From the NCBI GenBank assembly GCA_037441845.1, contig JBBIRK010000004.1:223074-287073 (forward strand): a stretch of DNA of 64,000 bases. Reading direction: 5' to 3'. Both the position numbers and the translations under genes were made by a program. Shown here piece by piece: positions 59,713 to 64,000 of the stretch. The DNA comes from Candidatus Zixiibacteriota bacterium. Lineage in GTDB: Bacteria; Zixibacteria; MSB-5A5; UBA10806; 4484-95. The notes under the pieces are model-generated. The model was not told where the DNA came from, did no database searches, and worked only from the letters and a program-made list of their open reading frames with translations. The number at the start of each line of letters is the position of its first letter. The first letter of the stretch is position 1.

Positions 59713-59787
59713 ATGCTGCCGGCGCTGATCATAATAGCCAATATAGCGTTGACGTTTTTGCTTGTGCGCAGTGTATTCGAAAGTTGA
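59713..59787 (+). CDS. putative 24-aa single-pass membrane peptide
   Basis: AAGGAGGG SD then ATG; MLPALIIIANIALTFLLVRSVFES*. Confidence 0.55.
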   Translation: MLPALIIIANIALTFLLVRSVFES

Positions 59788-59812
59788 TACGGTCGCCAGT
59801 GTTATTCGCTTA

Positions 59813-60838
59813 TTATCTGACCGAGTCGTAGATTGCGCATCTACAGCAAGGCGCGATAGATTTATCCGATTTTCCGGCGAACATTTCCCGCGCCTCTGTA
59901 AACGATCTTGAATTCCATGCTTTGGAAAAACCTTCATTTGCGAGATCTGCAAAATCGTCGCCGACGTCATAAACGAAACAACAGGGGGAAAGAGTCATAT
60001 CCCAATTCACGACCGGTAATTTCCACAGGTGAAAACAGCGTCGACCAAGTTGCTTTGCGGGAATTTCCAGACAGGTTTCGTTCAGGCGATAATCCTCGAT
60101 CCACCCTTCCGCCATGGTTTTGTCGGCCCCATAGCCGAACGGCAATACCATATCTATGACCCTGAATGAATCTATTTTCATTTTGCGACACAAACTGGTT
60201 AGGTATCCGGCCTCCTCGGCGTTCCGTCGATGCTTCACGAATATCAATTCGAGAATGGGCCGACGTCGCCCGAGTCTTTTTTTCGCCTCGACCAATTTCG
60301 CCAAGTTTTCGACCACGCGCTCGAAAGATCCTCCAACCCGATAAAGAGAATAGGTGCCGGACTGAATTCCATCGCACGAAATAAGCAGCCTGTCCAAACC
60401 GCATGATACCAGCTTTTCAGCCTTTGGAGTATCGATCTCGACGTTCAGATTGCTGCTGGTGGATACGACTAATCCAGCCGCTTTCGCCAGGGCGCAATAT
60501 CGAGTGAAATTCGGCAGTCTCAACGGCTCGCCCCAGTTATACAGGTGCACGGCAAGAACCTTGTCTTTCAATTGGCTGATCAGATCGGAAAAGTGCTGAA
60601 TATTCATATTCCCCTTGCGACGATCGGCTATTTTCATTCCGGTCGGGCATACCGGGCAATGCAAATTGCAGGTGTTGGTAAGATCTATAATCACCTGCGG
60701 CGGGAAAGAACGTAATCGGCTCCGACCGATCCTATACTCCCAGGCATTTTGCAGGAAATTGACGATCTTGACGATCGTAAGTGTCTCAAAAAATGATACC
60801 GAATATATCAATCTTGCCCAAAAACGTGATAACAGCAT
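59813..60838 (-). CDS. radical SAM protein with SPASM domain
   Basis: TNTCNLHCPVCP, YNWGEP, SCDG, YRVGG, CFHLW...PCC...CCRC. Confidence 0.9.
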   Translation of the reverse strand: MLLSRFWARLIYSVSFFETLTIVKIVNFLQNAWEYRIGRSRLRSFPPQVIIDLTNTCNLHCPVCPTGMKIADRRKGNMNIQHFSDLISQLKDKVLAVHLYNWGEPLRLPNFTRYCALAKAAGLVVSTSSNLNVEIDTPKAEKLVSCGLDRLLISCDGIQSGTYSLYRVGGSFERVVENLAKLVEAKKRLGRRRPILELIFVKHRRNAEEAGYLTSLCRKMKIDSFRVIDMVLPFGYGADKTMAEGWIEDYRLNETCLEIPAKQLGRRCFHLWKLPVVNWDMTLSPCCFVYDVGDDFADLANEGFSKAWNSRSFTEAREMFAGKSDKSIAPCCRCAIYDSVR

Positions 60839-60872
60839 GATTATATCGGAATTCGAACTCGATCAGGAAAAT

Positions 60873-60905
60873 TAAAACGCCCCGACCTTTTCGGAAGTCG
60901 GGGCG
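60873..60905 (-). terminator. rho-independent terminator after the acyl-CoA dehydrogenase
   Basis: CGCCCCGAC/GTCGGGGCG stem followed by TTTTAATTTT on the minus strand. Confidence 0.8.
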
Positions 60906-60920
60906 CTGCCGAACAATTTA

Positions 60921-62108
60921 TTACTTCAACAATTGTCCTGAAATGACCAACCTTTGTATTTCCGAGGTCCCTTCGTAGATTTCGGTTACTCGCTGGTCGC
61001 GATACAATTTTTCGATAATGGAAAATTCTCCTATGTAGCCGTAACCACCGTGAATCTGCATGGCTCGATCGACACAGAAATTGGCGGTCTCCGTGGCGTA
61101 CAGCTTGGCTTGGGCGCATTCGAGCGAAAATTTTTCGCCGCGATCCTGCATCTGCGCCGCCTTGTAAGCAAGCAATCTGGCCGCCTCCAACCGGCACGAC
61201 ATATCGGCCAACATCCACTGAATCGCCTGATATTTGGCGATCGGTGAGCCGAAACAGATTCTTTTCTTGGCATAGGCGATAGATTCATCGAGGGCGCGTT
61301 GGGCGATTCCCACTCCCTGGGCGGCTACTCCTATACGGGCTCCATCCAAGGTATTCATCGCGATTCTGAATCCCTTGCCGGGTTCGCCCAGAAGATTTTC
61401 CTTAGGCACTTTGAGATTTTCGAACCAGATACGGCCGGTGGTGGCGGCCCTCATTCCCATCTTTTTCTTCAGCGTCTTGACTTTGATTCCGGGCACGAGC
61501 TGGCCGTTCTGCCGGGCTTCAACAATAATAGCCGACACCTTGTGCGCCGCCTTAACAGCCTGATCGTCCGAATCGTTGTCTTTGATTCTAAGGAAAAGCA
61601 CGAATAGATCGGCCACGTCCCCGTGCATAATAAAAATCTTTTCTCCGTTGATTACATAATGGTCGCCCTGAAGCTGTGCGGTCGTCTGCTGATTGGCGGC
61701 ATCGGAACCGGCCTGAGGTTCGGTCAGCATGAATGCCGGGATCAATTCTCCCGAGGCGCACTTGGGAACATATTTCTTCTTTTGCTGATCGCTTCCGAAA
61801 TAGATGATGGGATAGGTCGCCAATTCGCCCACCGCGCAAAGCAAACACACGGCGGGATCGTAATAGCAAAGTTCTTCGATCAGAGTGATATATTCGAGGT
61901 TCGATCTGCCTTGTCCGCCCAGTTCTTTGGGCATATTGAATCCAATGAAGCCGGCTTTGCCCAGTTGCTTGTAAATATCGTAAGCGAATCTGTCAGGATC
62001 GTCCCGGTGATCGAGTTCCCTGCTTACCGGCTCGATATATTTTTTGGCGAACTCGGCCGCCAATTGACGGACTTCCTCTTGACGAGGATCGACGTTAAAT
62101 CTGTTCAT
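60921..62108 (-). CDS. acyl-CoA dehydrogenase
   Basis: AFMLTEPQAGSD, NGEKIFI, KMGMRA, QIHGGYGY, EIYEGTSEIQR. Confidence 0.95.
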   Translation of the reverse strand: MNRFNVDPRQEEVRQLAAEFAKKYIEPVSRELDHRDDPDRFAYDIYKQLGKAGFIGFNMPKELGGQGRSNLEYITLIEELCYYDPAVCLLCAVGELATYPIIYFGSDQQKKKYVPKCASGELIPAFMLTEPQAGSDAANQQTTAQLQGDHYVINGEKIFIMHGDVADLFVLFLRIKDNDSDDQAVKAAHKVSAIIVEARQNGQLVPGIKVKTLKKKMGMRAATTGRIWFENLKVPKENLLGEPGKGFRIAMNTLDGARIGVAAQGVGIAQRALDESIAYAKKRICFGSPIAKYQAIQWMLADMSCRLEAARLLAYKAAQMQDRGEKFSLECAQAKLYATETANFCVDRAMQIHGGYGYIGEFSIIEKLYRDQRVTEIYEGTSEIQRLVISGQLLK

Positions 62109-62123
62109 TCTCGCTCCTTGGAA

Positions 62124-62537
62124 TTATAGTAACTTCTCTTCTTTCTCTTTCAGCGCCGATTTCAAATATCTGATTATATCCTCCGTGCTTGCTCCCGGTG
62201 TGAAAATTTCTCCGAAACCAAGCTGTTTGAGCTTTTCGGCATCCGATTCCGCGATGATACCTCCACCGAACACCAAAATATCGCCGGCACCCTCTTTTCT
62301 CAATCCTTCCAGCACTGCGGGGAAAAGAGTCATATGCGCGCCGGATAATACGGACAACCCGACGGCATCGACGTCTTCCTGAATGGCCGCGGCCACCACT
62401 TGCTCGGGCGTCTGGCGCAAGCCGGTGTAGATCACTTCAAATCCGGCATCGCGCAATGCCGCCGCCACGACCTTGATTCCGCGATCATGACCGTCGAGCC
62501 CGGGTTTTGCCAGAAGAATTCTCCATTTTTTTGCCAT
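62124..62537 (-). CDS. cobalamin-binding subunit of a methylmalonyl-CoA/isobutyryl-CoA mutase
   Basis: [11 protein letters not shown] (DxHxxG), [18 protein letters not shown]. Confidence 0.93.
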   Translation of the reverse strand: MAKKWRILLAKPGLDGHDRGIKVVAAALRDAGFEVIYTGLRQTPEQVVAAAIQEDVDAVGLSVLSGAHMTLFPAVLEGLRKEGAGDILVFGGGIIAESDAEKLKQLGFGEIFTPGASTEDIIRYLKSALKEKEEKLL

Positions 62538-62606
62538 ATCAGCCTCTTTGAAAAGCCTCAATTGAAAACCGTATTTATCCCGCCTAATTTCAAAGCACTT
62601 CCGAAA

Positions 62607-62642
62607 CGGTTTAATTATAATTAAACCGCCCATCATTTGCAA
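62607..62642 (-). promoter_or_regulatory. promoter with overlapping 22-bp palindromic operator
   Basis: Minus strand TTGCAA-N17-TATAAT; the -10 lies inside CGGTTTAATTATAATTAAACCG. Confidence 0.7.
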
Positions 62643-62751
62643 CAATGATTAACCAAAGTCCAATACGATCGTTAAGTTGCCTTGGAGAGTGTACTGCCGA
62701 ATAATCCAGCCGATAAAAATAAATGATGAAATCGATTGCCAGAGAATCCCG

Positions 62752-63672
62752 ATGAACGCCAGCAGCAGCATCACCGTATTCCAGGTCGATACCTTCGCGG
62801 TCCAGCCGTTCACCGGCAATCCAGCCGCAGTCTGCCTGACCGAGCAGCCACTGGATGATTCACTGATGCAAAGCATCGCGATGGAACTTAACGTTTCCGA
62901 GACGGCATTCATCAAGCCACTCGCGGCTCCCTCCATTCAGGAATGCCATAAATTCAAGGCGCGCTGGTTCAGCCCTGAACGAGAGCTGAATAATGCCGGT
63001 CATTCGGCCATAGCCTGCGCTTGTGTTTTGAAATCGATTTACGGTTCGTTAAGCGCTTGTTTAATCCTCGAAGGCGCAAAGGAGAGATGCAGAGTCCATA
63101 TCGGCCTGAATTGTTATCAAATATCGTATCCAGCGGCGGAACCCAGGCCGTTTCGTTTGCCGGAAATCTTTTTCAACGCTCTAAGACTCGATAGAGATCG
63201 TCTGGTCGATGATTTCAAAGAGGCCTGTATCTGTGAGAAATCGCGGATGCTGCTATTGCGTTTCGGTTCCGTGGAGGTCATCCGGAAAATCCAGCCGGAT
63301 TTCGGAGATTTGCGCCATGCCCAAGAATCTTTCGGTTTGGATTCGTTGATCGTTACTGCCTGCGATGGCCGCCAGTACGACTTTATCTCCCGCACTTTCG
63401 CCCCGATCCTCGGGATATCGGAGGACCCGGCGTCGGCACAATCGCACAGGATTCTGGTCCCATACTGGAACGCGCTTCTCAATAAAAACCGTTTTTTCGC
63501 TTATCAAGCATCCCGCCGAGGCGGTGAATTAGCCGTAGAATTGAGGAAAGGCACAGCAATTAAACCTGACAGAGTGGCGATTTCAGGCAAAGCCATTATA
63601 ACTCTTGAGGCAACTATCGATCTCGATACATATAACAAGAATTACGCGGAAAATGCTTCCGCATGCCGTTAA
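62752..63672 (+). CDS. PhzF family isomerase-like protein
   Basis: QVDTFAVQPFTGNPAAV, SETAF, RWFSPERE, DFISRTFAP..GISEDP, YQASRRGG. Confidence 0.88.
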   Translation: MNASSSITVFQVDTFAVQPFTGNPAAVCLTEQPLDDSLMQSIAMELNVSETAFIKPLAAPSIQECHKFKARWFSPERELNNAGHSAIACACVLKSIYGSLSACLILEGAKERCRVHIGLNCYQISYPAAEPRPFRLPEIFFNALRLDRDRLVDDFKEACICEKSRMLLLRFGSVEVIRKIQPDFGDLRHAQESFGLDSLIVTACDGRQYDFISRTFAPILGISEDPASAQSHRILVPYWNALLNKNRFFAYQASRRGGELAVELRKGTAIKPDRVAISGKAIITLEATIDLDTYNKNYAENASACR

Positions 63673-63704
63673 GAAGACGCAAAATTATAGCTGTAAAGAT
63701 AATA

Positions 63705-64000
63705 TCAACGCCTGCTGGAATATAGCGGAAATCGTTCACATAATGCTTTAACTTCCGCCTTGACCTCTTCTATAACTTGCGGATTATCAAGATTGGCGAT
63801 GACTCTGGTGATGAATTCGGCTATACGACGCATTTCTTGAGGCCCCATGCCTCTGGTGGTTACCGCCGGGGTTCCGATTCTGATACCGGATGTTATAAAC
63901 GGCTTTTGGGGATCGAAAGGCACGGCATTTTTATTTACAGTAATATTGGCCTTTTCCAACGCCGCCTCGACATCCTTGCCGGTGAGGCCCTTTTCGATAA
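63705..64000 (-). CDS. glyA: serine hydroxymethyltransferase, C-terminal part (partial)
   Basis: LTGKDVEAALEKANITVNKNAVPFD...TSGIRIGTPAVTTRG...FPLY. Confidence 0.95.
   Translation of the reverse strand, partial: IEKGLTGKDVEAALEKANITVNKNAVPFDPQKPFITSGIRIGTPAVTTRGMGPQEMRRIAEFITRVIANLDNPQVIEEVKAEVKALCERFPLYSSRR

Noticed and set aside
59713..60838. 24-aa peptide as substrate of the adjacent SPASM enzyme
   Set aside because: The genes are convergent, the peptide has no Cys, Trp or leader features, and the enzyme has no evident RRE.

Overview
A 64-kb, mostly housekeeping chromosomal segment (about 50% GC by eye) from a diderm bacterium. The NYPNPFN...SGIYFYRL FlgD-Ig/T9SS-A-like sorting tail and the His-rich ATP synthase subunit a suggest the FCB superphylum, possibly Zixibacteria-like (inference only). 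Housekeeping content: a complete F1Fo ATP synthase operon, pgk-tpiA-secG-tRNA-Leu, proS, purF, partial glyA, acyl-CoA/biotin-carboxylase/B12-mutase genes for amino-acid or short acyl-CoA catabolism, a split cobalamin-independent methionine synthase, and a Wzx/Wzy polysaccharide cluster with an amidotransferase and a radical SAM enzyme. There are three tRNA genes, none encoding CCA. I found no CRISPR array, integrase, transposase or prophage. The least explained region is 7.6-16.0 kb. It holds an ECF sigma factor whose zinc anti-sigma is fused to a TonB C-terminal domain; a candidate sRNA with an anti-Shine-Dalgarno loop; a sigma54-type operon encoding a repeat-domain lipoprotein, a FadL/PorV-like barrel and a secreted M6 metalloprotease; and a divergent, apparently leaderless WYL regulator. 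Also present are two further ORF-less promoter-terminator units (candidate sRNAs), an unannotated 24-aa membrane peptide, several perfect palindromic operators and some enzymes with altered catalytic motifs. All calls come from motif recognition by eye; no searches were run.
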